Source: Polyangiales bacterium (GTDB lineage: Bacteria; Myxococcota_A; Polyangia; Polyangiales; Ga0077539). From it: a DNA stretch of 64,000 nucleotides. The notes below the pieces were generated by a model that was given only the letters and a program-made list of their open reading frames with translations, ran no database searches and was not told the DNA's origin. The stretch lies in the NCBI GenBank assembly GCA_044229975.1, contig JBGARZ010000007.1, positions 224,001-288,000 on the forward strand, given 5' to 3'. Of this stretch, positions 28,648 to 38,790 are shown piece after piece. Numbering within the stretch: the first letter of the stretch is position 1; every line of letters starts with the position of its first letter. A program made the translations under genes and the position numbers.

Positions 28648-28675
28648 CTTCTATCAGCTCCGTTTGGGGTGTCAA
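28648..28675 (-). promoter_or_regulatory. Sigma70-type promoter of tRNA-Arg
   Basis: Minus strand TTGACA-16 bp-TAGAAG in a locally AT-richer stretch immediately upstream of the tRNA. Confidence 0.65.
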
Positions 28676-28726
28676 CTTTTTCTGTCAGCGACCCTCCTCT
28701 CACCTCCGCGCCGCTCCCCTTCGTCG

Positions 28727-29845
28727 CTACCCGATGGCCCCGCTGAGCGCGCGCGACAGCCCTTCCACCGCGCGCCTCCGCCCGCTCAGCAGCGCCTCCA
28801 CGTCGCCCAGGTACACCTGCGCCTCCGCGTACCGCGCGTCGCCGTAGCGCTCCGCCGCCATCCGGTCGCGCAGCGCAAACGCCCGCTGCCCCGCCGAGGC
28901 CACCGAGGCCACCGAGGCCAGCAGCTCGTCCCGCTGCGCCATGCTGGCGACGCCCGCCGAGCGCGACAGCTCCGACCGCACGTCCTCGGCCGGCGCCATC
29001 AACACCGTCGCCATCAGCGTGCTCGCGAACCGCAACACCGGCCGCGCCAGGTCGAGCCGCCCCGCCTCGTCCACCGCGTCGAGGTACGCCTCCAGCGCCC
29101 GACCCAGCGCCGCCCAGCGCGGGGTGCGCAGCGCCGCCGGCACCGACGTGCGCTCCGACCACAGCGCCAGCGCGGCCGCCGACCACTGCCTCGCCACGCG
29201 CTCCTCGATGCACTCCAGCACCCGCACCGTGCCCGGCGCCGTCAGCCGCGTAAACGCATCCCGCAGCTCGCGCCGCGTCATCTCGCCCCGCGGCGACAAC
29301 AGCAACGCCACCGGCGACTGCCGCACCAGGCGCTCCCGCAACACCCGCAGGTCGTCGTCGAAGAGTCGAAACGACCCCAGACCCCGCGACGCCAGGTGGA
29401 AGAACACCCAGTCGCCCACCTCCGTCGACTGCTCGGGGATCACCTTCCGCAGCGCCTTGCGCGCACCCCGATCAGCCTCCGTGCGCGACGCCCCCACCAG
29501 CCCCGGGAGCTGCGCCGCGCCCTCCAGCCAGAGCGTTCGGCTCGCCTCGGTGTAGCGCGGGACAAAGCCTCTGCCCGCCTCCGCGTCCCACGCGCGCGCC
29601 CGCACCCGGCGGCCGTCGCGCAGCAGCACCCGCTCGCGCCACCCGCCGTCCTCCACCAGGAAGCGCATCACGCCCCGCGCGATGCGCCGCGAGCCCGCCC
29701 ACGCCAGCTCCGGCGACACCTTCGGGAGCTTCACCGGAACCGTCACCGCGTCGCCGCGACCACGCCCCAGCAGCGCGTCGAGCACCTGCAACGACTGCCC
29801 CTCCGCCACCGAGAATACCCGCCTGGGTAAGGTCCACTGCTCCAT
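28727..29845 (-). CDS. Hypothetical helical protein, reminiscent of FtsH ternary system domain X6 (fvmX6)
   Basis: GGWRERVLLRDGRRVRARAWD...PRYTEASRTLWL and YGDARYAEAQ segments; resemblance recalled, not computed. Confidence 0.55.
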   Translation of the reverse strand: MEQWTLPRRVFSVAEGQSLQVLDALLGRGRGDAVTVPVKLPKVSPELAWAGSRRIARGVMRFLVEDGGWRERVLLRDGRRVRARAWDAEAGRGFVPRYTEASRTLWLEGAAQLPGLVGASRTEADRGARKALRKVIPEQSTEVGDWVFFHLASRGLGSFRLFDDDLRVLRERLVRQSPVALLLSPRGEMTRRELRDAFTRLTAPGTVRVLECIEERVARQWSAAALALWSERTSVPAALRTPRWAALGRALEAYLDAVDEAGRLDLARPVLRFASTLMATVLMAPAEDVRSELSRSAGVASMAQRDELLASVASVASAGQRAFALRDRMAAERYGDARYAEAQVYLGDVEALLSGRRRAVEGLSRALSGAIG

Positions 29846-29856
29846 CGGTTGGTCGC

Positions 29857-32541
29857 CTACCGGCCGATGGTACGACGGGCCGACACCCGCTCGCACGACA
29901 ACCCGATGCGCCGTCGACCGCGCCACGCCTCACCCCGCAGCGCGCCCGCCTCCGCGCGCAACGCGAAGCTCCGCACCGGGCTCCCCTCGCTCCCGCGGCG
30001 CTCGACGTCCGTCAGGTCGCGCGACTCGCCGCCCACGATGGCGCGCACACACAGCCCGCCGTCGGTCACTTCGAGCCGCTCCTCCACCTGCCAGTCGACC
30101 TCGTTGGGCGCCCAGTCCACGCCGCGCACCTCGCTCCAGCGATGCGTTCGTCGCATCACGCCGCGCGCCGCACCCGCCGCCCCGCACGGCAGCAGCGCCC
30201 CGTCGTCCTCCACCGTTCGCTCCGTTGCATCACCCGACAGCGCCACGAAACGCCACCGCCGCGGCCCGGACGGAACCCACAGCCCGTCGCCTCCATCGAG
30301 CGAGCCCGCGTGGATGAGCTCCGGCGGCGCCTCGCTCACCACCGTTCGCCGCGCCGCGACCTGCCCCGTCGCCGCGTCGAAGGCCACGGCCTGCACCACC
30401 GTCGACCCGCCCGCCGACCCCCGCGAGAGCGCCGTCGCGCGCCCACCGTCGGCCTGCAACAGCTCCGTGGTGAAAGGGCCCGCGAAGTGTTCGAGCGGGA
30501 AGGGCTGCACCCCCGTCGCGGTCGCCAGGAAGGTCTCGCAGCGCGACCCCGCGCACCGATCGATGAGCGCGACCGGAAGAGTCATTCCGATGGCCGCCGC
30601 GCCTCGCAGCGTCACGCTCTCCGCCGTCGGAGGCAGCCGTGCGTGGGTCTCCTGCGAGATGCCTTCGCCGCTCCAACTCACCGTCACCTCGCCGCGGTGA
30701 TCGGTCCATTGCAGGGTGTAACCCGACACGGCCACGCCGCGCTCCAGCAGCGGCGCCGGGCCCAGCTCGTCGCCCCACGCGCACGCGAAGTGCGCCCGCT
30801 CCGGCGCCCTCCGCGGCGGCGTCGACCACTCCGCCGGACGCGCCGGGACGTCTCTCGTTCGCGTCACGAACCACGGCTCACCGTGTACTTCGTCGGTCCA
30901 CTCCAGCACGCCCGCGAGGCGGCACACCGCGCCCGCGCAGTAGCTCAACCCCTCCGCGTCGAGGGCCACCGACGCGGCCGATCCGCGCACCGGCGATGGC
31001 ATCCGCGCAAACCCCGCGCCCGGCTCGTAGCGCCACAACGCCTCGGCCCCGCGGCCCACCGCGTACGCCACCCCGCCCGCGCCGTGGACGCCGCGCAGCG
31101 CTCCCGTCGGTGCGTCGTGCGCGCTCCATCGAACGGCGCCCGACCCGTCGAGCACGCCACGGTGCAACACCGGTCGACCGTCGCCGCGGCGTCCCCACAC
31201 CGCCAGCGCGTCGCCCGCCCAGCGCAGCCCGCGCGCCTCGCTCGCACCCACTGGGAGCGTCAGGAGGGAGAGGGAGGTTCCGCGCAGCACGGCGACGCGT
31301 CCCGCGCCTCCGCCGTCGTGGGTCTCGACGAGCAGCGCTGCTCCGTTGTGCAGGTCGAGGGGTTGCGCCGCGAAGGGCGCGCGCACCGTCACCTCGCGGC
31401 CGTCCGCTCCGTGCACACAGAACGCCGTCGCGTCGGGCGTCGCGCCGCGCTCGCACGGGGCCGCCACCACGAAGGCATCGGAGCGGTCGTCGAAGACCAC
31501 GTCGCCCATCGGGTCGCCCAGGCGCGCATCGCGGAGCACCCGCCACCCGCCCGTCTCCGTTGGCGCAAACACCGCGCGGGCCCAGCCCTCGTGGGTGCAC
31601 ACGAGGCGCCATGATCCGTGGGCGCCCGCGATCACGCAGCCTTCGCCGGGGTTGGCCACGCGACGAAGCGCGCGACGGGTGCGCGGGTCGACGAGGGCCA
31701 CGGCGTCGCCGTCGATCACGGCGAGCGTTCCGTCGGCGAGGGCCGCGACGCGCGATGGGTCGGCGGGCAACAGCATGGGAGGAGACGCGGCCGCGGGGGA
31801 GGTCGGCTCCGTCGCGTGGACGAAGGCGCCCAGGGTCAGCGCGTCGGTTCGCGCCGTCGGAACGCCCGCATCGTCGAGCACCCAGCGCCCGTGCACCGAC
31901 TCGACGAGCGCCGCGCCGTGGACCACCCCGAGCGCGGTGGGCACGTCATCGCCCGGCAGCGTGAGCTCGGTGAAGTGCCGGCCGCCGTCGTCGGAGCGGT
32001 GCAGTCGACCGGGCTCGGTGAGCGCGAGCACGCGGCGCGCGGACGTGAACACCACCGCCAGCGCGTGCTCCAGGGGGAGGAGGCGGGGGGTGGTTCCGTC
32101 GAGGGCCCAGGCGCGGCCGGAGTGGCCGACGTAGGCGATGGCTCCCTGCTGAAACACACCGCGCACGATGCCCTGCGAGAGCGCCTCGCCGGGCGGGCGC
32201 GCGCTGTCCGGGACGGCCGCGATCACCCTCAACGGACCGAGGAAATCGGGCGCGGCGTAGAGGGTTCCGTCGGCGGAGGCGAAGCGCCAGCCGTCGGCGA
32301 CACGCGCGGCCGACACCAACGGACGCACCGGGTACGGCGCGCGGGCGAGCTCGCTGTCGGTGCGACGAACGACCCCCGCGAGGTAGTGCCCATCGAGGAC
32401 GCGGAGCGCGTCGGCGCCGGGGAGCTGGGCGGTCCATCGACCCGATGGAGGGGCGACCGAGAGGGCGTGACGGCGACCGCGGTGGCGACACCCGGGCGCG
32501 GCGGAGAGCAGCGCGAGCGCGATCGCGACGCGACGGTTCAC
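29857..32541 (-). CDS. Large hypothetical lipoprotein, probable beta-propeller with a BNR/Asp-box
   Basis: APGC lipobox-like signal; RSDDGGRHF Asp-box; GTG start overlaps the upstream stop. Confidence 0.65.
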   Translation of the reverse strand: MNRRVAIALALLSAAPGCRHRGRRHALSVAPPSGRWTAQLPGADALRVLDGHYLAGVVRRTDSELARAPYPVRPLVSAARVADGWRFASADGTLYAAPDFLGPLRVIAAVPDSARPPGEALSQGIVRGVFQQGAIAYVGHSGRAWALDGTTPRLLPLEHALAVVFTSARRVLALTEPGRLHRSDDGGRHFTELTLPGDDVPTALGVVHGAALVESVHGRWVLDDAGVPTARTDALTLGAFVHATEPTSPAAASPPMLLPADPSRVAALADGTLAVIDGDAVALVDPRTRRALRRVANPGEGCVIAGAHGSWRLVCTHEGWARAVFAPTETGGWRVLRDARLGDPMGDVVFDDRSDAFVVAAPCERGATPDATAFCVHGADGREVTVRAPFAAQPLDLHNGAALLVETHDGGGAGRVAVLRGTSLSLLTLPVGASEARGLRWAGDALAVWGRRGDGRPVLHRGVLDGSGAVRWSAHDAPTGALRGVHGAGGVAYAVGRGAEALWRYEPGAGFARMPSPVRGSAASVALDAEGLSYCAGAVCRLAGVLEWTDEVHGEPWFVTRTRDVPARPAEWSTPPRRAPERAHFACAWGDELGPAPLLERGVAVSGYTLQWTDHRGEVTVSWSGEGISQETHARLPPTAESVTLRGAAAIGMTLPVALIDRCAGSRCETFLATATGVQPFPLEHFAGPFTTELLQADGGRATALSRGSAGGSTVVQAVAFDAATGQVAARRTVVSEAPPELIHAGSLDGGDGLWVPSGPRRWRFVALSGDATERTVEDDGALLPCGAAGAARGVMRRTHRWSEVRGVDWAPNEVDWQVEERLEVTDGGLCVRAIVGGESRDLTDVERRGSEGSPVRSFALRAEAGALRGEAWRGRRRIGLSCERVSARRTIGR

Positions 32542-33092
32542 GGCGGTTGGAGCGCGGTGAAGAACGTCTCGACGGTGGTCCCGGCGGCGAAGCCCAACGC
32601 GGCCTCGGCGAGGACGTCATCCGAGGTCCCGACCTGGTAGGCCTCCCACACGCGCCACGCCTCGTCGCCATCCGGGCCCAGCACCGCGAGCACGCTGCGA
32701 CCGCGCGTCGGGCCGGCGCGACCCGCGGTGTCGTCGAAGGGGTTCTCGATGCGGCCGACGATGCGACCGCTCGCGTCGAGCTGCGTGATCGCCGTGTGCA
32801 CGTCGAGCGTCACCCGCGCGTCCGCCGTCAACGCTCGTGCGCCGGTCGGCTGCGACGCGCGCGTCACCGTCGCGCCGTAGACCCGCATCGACACGCGGGC
32901 CTCCGGGGTGAGCGCCACGTCCCGCGCGACGCCGTCGTCGGTCACCGCCAGCAGCGCCACCGAGAAGCCCTGCGCGAAGACCTCCGCGGGGCTCTGCGAC
33001 AGCGCGACGGGCGCGCGCAGCACCGACACCGGGTCGTCCGCGCAGGCCGCCGCCGCGACCGCGACCAGCACCGCGACCCGGCGACCGATCAC
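32538..33092 (-). CDS. Hypothetical lipoprotein
   Basis: VIGRRVAVLVAVAAAAC signal/lipobox; GTG overlaps the upstream TGA. Confidence 0.6.
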   Translation of the reverse strand: MIGRRVAVLVAVAAAACADDPVSVLRAPVALSQSPAEVFAQGFSVALLAVTDDGVARDVALTPEARVSMRVYGATVTRASQPTGARALTADARVTLDVHTAITQLDASGRIVGRIENPFDDTAGRAGPTRGRSVLAVLGPDGDEAWRVWEAYQVGTSDDVLAEAALGFAAGTTVETFFTALQPP

Positions 33093-33694
33093 TCCACCAG
33101 CCCCACGACGTTGCGGGTCTGCCGCGCCTGATCGACGGCGACCTTGAGCTCCTCGAAGACGCGTCGGCCGTCCTGCAAACCCGACAGCAGGAGTTGCGGT
33201 GACGTGTCGTCGTGCGCCACCACCCGCACCGTCGCCACGCCGAGCATCCGCTGCGTCAGCGACTGCTCGAAGGTCACGTCGCGCACCCGCCAGAGCTGGA
33301 GCGTCTCGATGCGCCGCGACAGAACACCCTCCTCCACGTCGATGGTGCGCGAGGTGAGCCGGTACTTCGTCGCCCGACGCTTGAGCTCGACCGCGACGAA
33401 GAGCACGAGGGACGCGACGACCAGCGCCGCACCCGCGATCAACCCGACCGGCTTGTGTTGCTCCAGCTTCACGTACAGCGCGGCGCCGCCCGCCACGCCG
33501 ACCACCGCGAGCAACCCGGCCAGCATGTAGCGGCCGTACCAGGCCTTCCACGAGGGCGTCCCGCCGTAGATCACCCGCGCCAGCTCGGCGGGCTTGTCCG
33601 CGACGGGGACGGGCTCGTTGAGCATCGATCCGCAGTGCCGACACTTGATGGCCGCGTCCTGGATTTCCTCCGCACAAAAGGGGCAGCGCTTCAT
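33089..33694 (-). CDS. Zinc-ribbon + two TM + bacterial PH domain protein
   Basis: CPFCAEEIQDAAIKCRHCG; YRLTSR...GVLSRR...QSLTQRMLGVATV. Confidence 0.88.
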   Translation of the reverse strand: MKRCPFCAEEIQDAAIKCRHCGSMLNEPVPVADKPAELARVIYGGTPSWKAWYGRYMLAGLLAVVGVAGGAALYVKLEQHKPVGLIAGAALVVASLVLFVAVELKRRATKYRLTSRTIDVEEGVLSRRIETLQLWRVRDVTFEQSLTQRMLGVATVRVVAHDDTSPQLLLSGLQDGRRVFEELKVAVDQARQTRNVVGLVE

Positions 33695-33906
33695 AGGCCG
33701 AGCACTCTACACCCCCGCCGGAGCCGCCTTCATCATTCGAGATGTCCGTACAATGACCTGCGGCGTCGGCCAGCAATCACGGACGATTCTTTGACGGGAA
33801 CCGCCGTGATTTTGACGGGTCGGTCCACGCAAAGGCGTGGGGCAATCGGGGAGACGGCCCCGCTCGTCGGGTCGCGGAGCACAGCGGGCAAGTTTCTGGC
33901 GACGGT

Positions 33907-36900
33907 TCAGTCCGAGGCGGCGCCACCGGCGAGGCGGTGCTCGGTCCACTGCTCGGGGCGCAGGACGCTGCGCGCGAGGTCGAGGTTGCGCGCGTGGTGC
34001 GTGAGCAGCAGCACCTGGGTCTTGGTCGCGAGCTCGGCCAGCACCTCCAGGCCGGCCGAGGCGCGCTCGTCGTCGAAGTGGATGAAGATGTCGTCGAGCA
34101 CCAGCGGCATCGGCTCCTGCGCGTCGAGGTGCTGCTCCAGGCTGGCCAGACGCAGCGAGAGGAAGAGCTGGTCGAGCGTCCCGTCACTCAAGGCGTCTTC
34201 CACCTCCACGAGCTGGCCCCGCCGGACGCACCGCAGCTTCGCCTTGTCGTCCTGGTAGACCACCTGGATCTGCTCGTACCGCCCCCGCGTCAGCCGCTCG
34301 AAGAGCCGGCTCGCCCGCTGGAGGATCGCGCCTTCGTGGTTCTTGCGGTAGCGCTCGACCCCGCGACGCAGCACCGCCGCCCCCAGCCGCAGCCGCGCGC
34401 ACCGCTCGGCCTGCGATCGCGCCAGCGCGAGGTGCTCCTGCGCCTCCGCCACCGAGGCCGCCGCGTCGTCGCGACCCGACGCCTGCCGCTCACGCTCACG
34501 CAGTGCGCCGACCTTCTCGCCGAGCGCGTGGCGGTCCTCGTCGGTGCGCTTGTGCTCCTCCTCCAGCCGCGCGATCGCCGTCTCCAACTGGTCGCTGTCG
34601 GTCTCCGCGAGCGCCTGCTCCAGCGACCCGATCGACCAGCCTTCGCCCGCTTCCATCAACCGCTGCTCGGCCTGCGTCTGTCGCTCACCGATCGCCCGCG
34701 CGCGATCCGAACGCTCCTCCGCCGCCTCCAGCTCCTCGCGGCTCGTGCATCCCGTCTCGCGCAGGAGAGCGTCCCATCGGTGCTGCGCCGTCTCTCGGAG
34801 CAGCTCGGCGTCTTGCAGGTCGCGCTGGAGCTTGTCCACCTGCTCGTCGAGCGTGCGCCGTCGCGCCGCGTCCCGCACCGCCGCGGCGTGCTTCGCGATG
34901 AGCGCGTCGGCCACCTCCGTCGTCGTTCCTACGAGCTCCGGAGCCAGTGCGAGCGCCTGCGCGCCCACCGCCTCGTCGAAGAGCTTCATCTGCTTCTTGA
35001 TGGCCTTGAGGCGCACCTCTTGCCGCTCGCAGCGATCCTCTTCGCGGAAGAGCTCGTCGAGCCGCGCGAGCACTGCGTTGGCCTCCGCGGGCAATGCGCT
35101 CGGCGGCAGTCGCAGCGAGCCCATCGCCTCGCCCCACTGCGCCTGCCACTCGGTCAGCGCTCGCTCCCGTTCGGTCACCTGCGCCGCGGCCGAGGCGAGC
35201 TCCTGCTCCAGCGTCGCCACCTCCGCGCGCAGCGACGCCTCCGCCGCGGCCTGCTTCTCCGCCGCCGAAAGCGTGTGCTCGACATGCAGGAAGAGCGTCA
35301 GCCACGACGCCTCTGCGGGCAGCGCCACGCCCGCGAGCGTGAGCCCGCCTTCCAGCGATCGACGCTGCTCGTCCCTCGTGCGCTCCAGCCCCGCGAGCTC
35401 GGCCGCCGCTTCGTCGCGCTGCCGCAGCACCTCCACGAGCTCGACGTGACGCTTGCGCCACGCGCGCATCTCCTTCGGCGACAGCGGCGCAAACCCGCAC
35501 GGCGCCCAGCGCTCCCGCCACGCCTCGCGGTGCGCCTGCGCCACCGCCTCGACCGCCGCGAGCTCCGTCGTCGCCGCCGCGATGGCCGCGAGCGCCGTCG
35601 CCTCTTCGCGCTGGAGCGCTGCGAGCTGTGCGGCGCGCTCGGACTCACGCCGCAGCCGGTCGGCGAGCTCGTCTGCCGCCTGCACCGACGCTCCGTAGGC
35701 CGCCCGCAGCGACACCCCGGGCGCAAACTCCCAGTCGATCTCCTCGGGCTCTTCCTTCGCCGACCACGCGCGCTGCACCCGCGACCAACCGAGCTCGCGC
35801 CGCTCTCGCGCCGCCGCGAGCTGCGCCTCCGTCGGAACCGAGCCCGCGTCGGTCAATCGTCCGATGCGCTGGCGAATGCCCTCCAGCTCGCTCGCCCGTT
35901 GCTCCTGAGCGCGCACCAACCGACGACGCGCCTCCTCGTCCTCGTCGAGCTCCCTCTCGCTCCGATGAACGCTCTCCTCCGACGGAACCGCCAGCCCCGC
36001 GACCTCCTCCAACGCCCCTTGCCACGGCGCGAGCCCCACCAGCGCCTGCTGCGCTCGCGCAGTGCGCTGGGCGACCTTCGCGCGCGCCTCGCTCGCCTGC
36101 TCATCGAGCTTGCGATCGGGCCGCAGCAGCGACCACGTCGAGCGCAGCACCGCCACGTCGACAGCCGCCGGGAGCGCCGTGAGCTCCTGCGTTCGCAGCG
36201 CGAGGCGCGTGCGGCGCGACGCGACCTCCGCCCGAAGCTGATCGAGGCCCGCGCGGAGCTGGAGGCCCGTCTTCTCCAGCGCCCCGATGCGTAGCACCGC
36301 GGCCTCGCTCACCCGGATGCTCTCGAGCGCCGAGGTCTCCAGCGTCGGCAATCCCAGGTCACGGAGAATCTCCCGCTCCCGATTGCGGAAGCCCATGATC
36401 TCCTTGATGACGCCGGGCTGATCCTTCTGCTCGGTCTTGTACTTCCCGAGGTCTTCGGTGAGCTGCTTGATGCGCGCCTCGGCGTGCAGCAGCTCGTCGG
36501 GCACCACCAGCGCGTCGCGCTCCTGGCGCGCCCAGCCGATGTCCGCCGTCGCCTTCCTCACGCTCTGCTCCGCCGCCTCCAGCGCGTGGGTGATCTCCCG
36601 CCGCTGCTGCGCCACATCCCGCGACAGGAGGCGTACGTCACCCATGGCCGCCCGCTCGGTCAGCGCCTCGGCGCGCGCCCGCACCCACGGCAGCGCCCGC
36701 TGCAATCGCTCCAGTCGATGCTGGTCGGTCTTGAGCTTCACCAGCGCCTCGGAGAGCTCACTGCGCTTCGCCTCCGCGGCCTCGATCTCGTCCTGAAGCT
36801 CCTTCCAGTCCTTGGCCGGGAGCGCGCGCTCCTTCACCCGCTTGAGCTGATCGCGGTATGCCGCGAGGGACTTGTGCACGGCCCCAGCGCTGCCCGCGGG

Positions 36901-37422
36901 CGAGAGCAGCTTGTCGGCCTCGGCCTCCATCTTCCCGAGGGCCGTCTGCAATGCGGTGCCGTTGAGCGCCGCGCCGAAGAGCATCTCGCCGAGGCTCGTC
37001 CTGGGGTTGGTGAGCGCCTCACCGGCGGCCCGCAACTGCACATGATCGAGCCCGAACATCAGCTCGAACTGCTTGCGATCGGTGACGCTCAACCACGACC
37101 GCAGCGACGACTCGTCGATCACCGCGCCGGCCTCGTCGAGCAGCGTCCCCTGCTTGCCCTTCTTGCGGACGAACACCCGCTCTTCGCTGTTGGAGTGCCG
37201 CAGCCGCGCGCCGATGCGGAGGTCGGCCATGGCGTGCTGGTGCGCGTCGCCGGTCTGCTGCTCGATGCCGTAGAGCAGCGCGCTGATGGCGCGGAGCGTG
37301 GTGCTCTTCCCCGCCTCGTTGGGCCCGTAGATGATGTGCAGGTCGGGGCCGCCGTGGGGCAGCACGAGCGCGCGCTTCGTGAAGGGACCGTACGCCAGCA
37401 GGTCGAGGCGGAGGATCTTCAC
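33907..37422 (-). CDS. YhaN-like AAA/SMC-type coiled-coil ATPase
   Basis: YGPF, YGPNEAGKSTT Walker A, long coiled coil, LSDGTLDQLFLSLRLA, PLVLDDIFIHFDDERA; GTG overlaps upstream TGA. Confidence 0.92.
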   Translation of the reverse strand: MKILRLDLLAYGPFTKRALVLPHGGPDLHIIYGPNEAGKSTTLRAISALLYGIEQQTGDAHQHAMADLRIGARLRHSNSEERVFVRKKGKQGTLLDEAGAVIDESSLRSWLSVTDRKQFELMFGLDHVQLRAAGEALTNPRTSLGEMLFGAALNGTALQTALGKMEAEADKLLSPAGSAGAVHKSLAAYRDQLKRVKERALPAKDWKELQDEIEAAEAKRSELSEALVKLKTDQHRLERLQRALPWVRARAEALTERAAMGDVRLLSRDVAQQRREITHALEAAEQSVRKATADIGWARQERDALVVPDELLHAEARIKQLTEDLGKYKTEQKDQPGVIKEIMGFRNREREILRDLGLPTLETSALESIRVSEAAVLRIGALEKTGLQLRAGLDQLRAEVASRRTRLALRTQELTALPAAVDVAVLRSTWSLLRPDRKLDEQASEARAKVAQRTARAQQALVGLAPWQGALEEVAGLAVPSEESVHRSERELDEDEEARRRLVRAQEQRASELEGIRQRIGRLTDAGSVPTEAQLAAARERRELGWSRVQRAWSAKEEPEEIDWEFAPGVSLRAAYGASVQAADELADRLRRESERAAQLAALQREEATALAAIAAATTELAAVEAVAQAHREAWRERWAPCGFAPLSPKEMRAWRKRHVELVEVLRQRDEAAAELAGLERTRDEQRRSLEGGLTLAGVALPAEASWLTLFLHVEHTLSAAEKQAAAEASLRAEVATLEQELASAAAQVTERERALTEWQAQWGEAMGSLRLPPSALPAEANAVLARLDELFREEDRCERQEVRLKAIKKQMKLFDEAVGAQALALAPELVGTTTEVADALIAKHAAAVRDAARRRTLDEQVDKLQRDLQDAELLRETAQHRWDALLRETGCTSREELEAAEERSDRARAIGERQTQAEQRLMEAGEGWSIGSLEQALAETDSDQLETAIARLEEEHKRTDEDRHALGEKVGALRERERQASGRDDAAASVAEAQEHLALARSQAERCARLRLGAAVLRRGVERYRKNHEGAILQRASRLFERLTRGRYEQIQVVYQDDKAKLRCVRRGQLVEVEDALSDGTLDQLFLSLRLASLEQHLDAQEPMPLVLDDIFIHFDDERASAGLEVLAELATKTQVLLLTHHARNLDLARSVLRPEQWTEHRLAGGAASD

Positions 37423-38675
37423 GCGCCGTCCCCCCCTTCGAGCAGCAGCGGGATGAGCATCTGCTCCACGTCGTCGAGCATCTCGCGCACCGACTCGGCG
37501 CGGTCGAAGGCCGGGCGATCGGACTCCTCCACGACGGAGAACTTCTCTTGCAGACCCGACAGCTCGGCGGCGAGCGCGGCGAGCGCAGCCGGGTCGTGGC
37601 GGTCGGCGTCGAGCGTGCGCAGCAGCTCGCCGAGGGGCGTCGACCGTTGGCGCATCGCCACCAGATCGATGGGCGAGCGCGTCTCGAAGAGAACCTTCTC
37701 CACCCACACATCACTGAGCTCGGTGCCGCGCGCGCGTACTTCGTTGGTCCAGCGTTCGAGGTCGCCGACGAGCTCGCGGTGGGCCTCGCTCGCGCCCGTG
37801 AGCCGCACTCGTATCGCCATGGGCTTGTCGCCTTCGGACTGTCGCAGCGCCGCGAGGCTCTGGTGCACCTGGTCGACCGCCGCCGAGGCCGATCGCGCCG
37901 TAGCCACCGACACCTCGCGCAGCGCCCAGCGCATCACGTCGTAGTCGCGGTGTTCGAGCGTCGGGCGCCCGTCGGTGACGGTCACCAGCGTCGCGCCCTT
38001 GGGTCCGGTCTCGCGGATGTGGCGCCCCTGGAGGTTGCCCGGGAAGAGCACCGGGGGGTCGGCGTGGAGGAGCTGTCGCCTGTGCACGTGGCCGAGGGCC
38101 CAGTAGTCGTACCCGCGCTCGACGAGTCCCTGCACGCTGCACGGCGCGTAGGTCGCGTGCTCCGACGAGCTCCCGCTGGCGCTGGTGTGGAGCAGCCCGA
38201 TGTTGAACATCCCGGCGACGGGCTTCGGGTACTTGAGCGAGAGGTCTTCGGTGGCGTCCTGCTTGCCGTAGCTCTGTCCGTGGAGCGCGACGCCGATCTC
38301 TTCCATCGTCGCCGTGTCGGGCTTCGTCGACGAGAAGACGTGCATGTTGTCGAGCGGTCGGAGGGACCTGGTCATCGTGTTTTCGGCGTCGTGGTTGCCG
38401 CGAACGATGAACACCCGGATGCCCGCCGCCTTGAGCCGCGCCATCTGCTGGAGCAGGAAGAGCCCGGTGTTGTAGTCCTTCCAGTCGCGGTCGTAGAGGT
38501 CGCCGACGAGCAGCAGGAAGGCGACGGGCTGCGCGATGCAGTCGTTGACGAGGTTGACGAAGGCCTGCCGCGTGGCGGCGCGCACCTCGGCGACGGGCGC
38601 GCCCTGGTAGCGCTCCAGACCCTTCAACGGACTATCGAGGTGGATGTCCGCCGCGTGCATGAACCTGAACGTCAT
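37419..38675 (-). CDS. YhaO-like Mre11/SbcD metallophosphoesterase nuclease
   Basis: HAADIHLDSP, GDLYD, GNHD, DYWALGHVH, PGNLQGRHIRETGPKG. Confidence 0.93.
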   Translation of the reverse strand: MTFRFMHAADIHLDSPLKGLERYQGAPVAEVRAATRQAFVNLVNDCIAQPVAFLLLVGDLYDRDWKDYNTGLFLLQQMARLKAAGIRVFIVRGNHDAENTMTRSLRPLDNMHVFSSTKPDTATMEEIGVALHGQSYGKQDATEDLSLKYPKPVAGMFNIGLLHTSASGSSSEHATYAPCSVQGLVERGYDYWALGHVHRRQLLHADPPVLFPGNLQGRHIRETGPKGATLVTVTDGRPTLEHRDYDVMRWALREVSVATARSASAAVDQVHQSLAALRQSEGDKPMAIRVRLTGASEAHRELVGDLERWTNEVRARGTELSDVWVEKVLFETRSPIDLVAMRQRSTPLGELLRTLDADRHDPAALAALAAELSGLQEKFSVVEESDRPAFDRAESVREMLDDVEQMLIPLLLEGGDGA

Positions 38676-38790
38676 CGCTGCCCCCTCGAAGACTCCATGA
38701 AACAAGGAGCGGCATGCTGCCTCAACGCAGTGGGGCTGTCAGCTTGCGGCGGAGGTTCTCGGCGCGGGTGAAGTCCCGTAGGCTCGACGG

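Noticed and set aside
33907..38675. Wadjet or Lamassu SMC defence system
   Set aside because: Motifs fit the two-gene YhaO/YhaN pair; no kleisin, KITE, JetD or Lamassu effector genes adjacent
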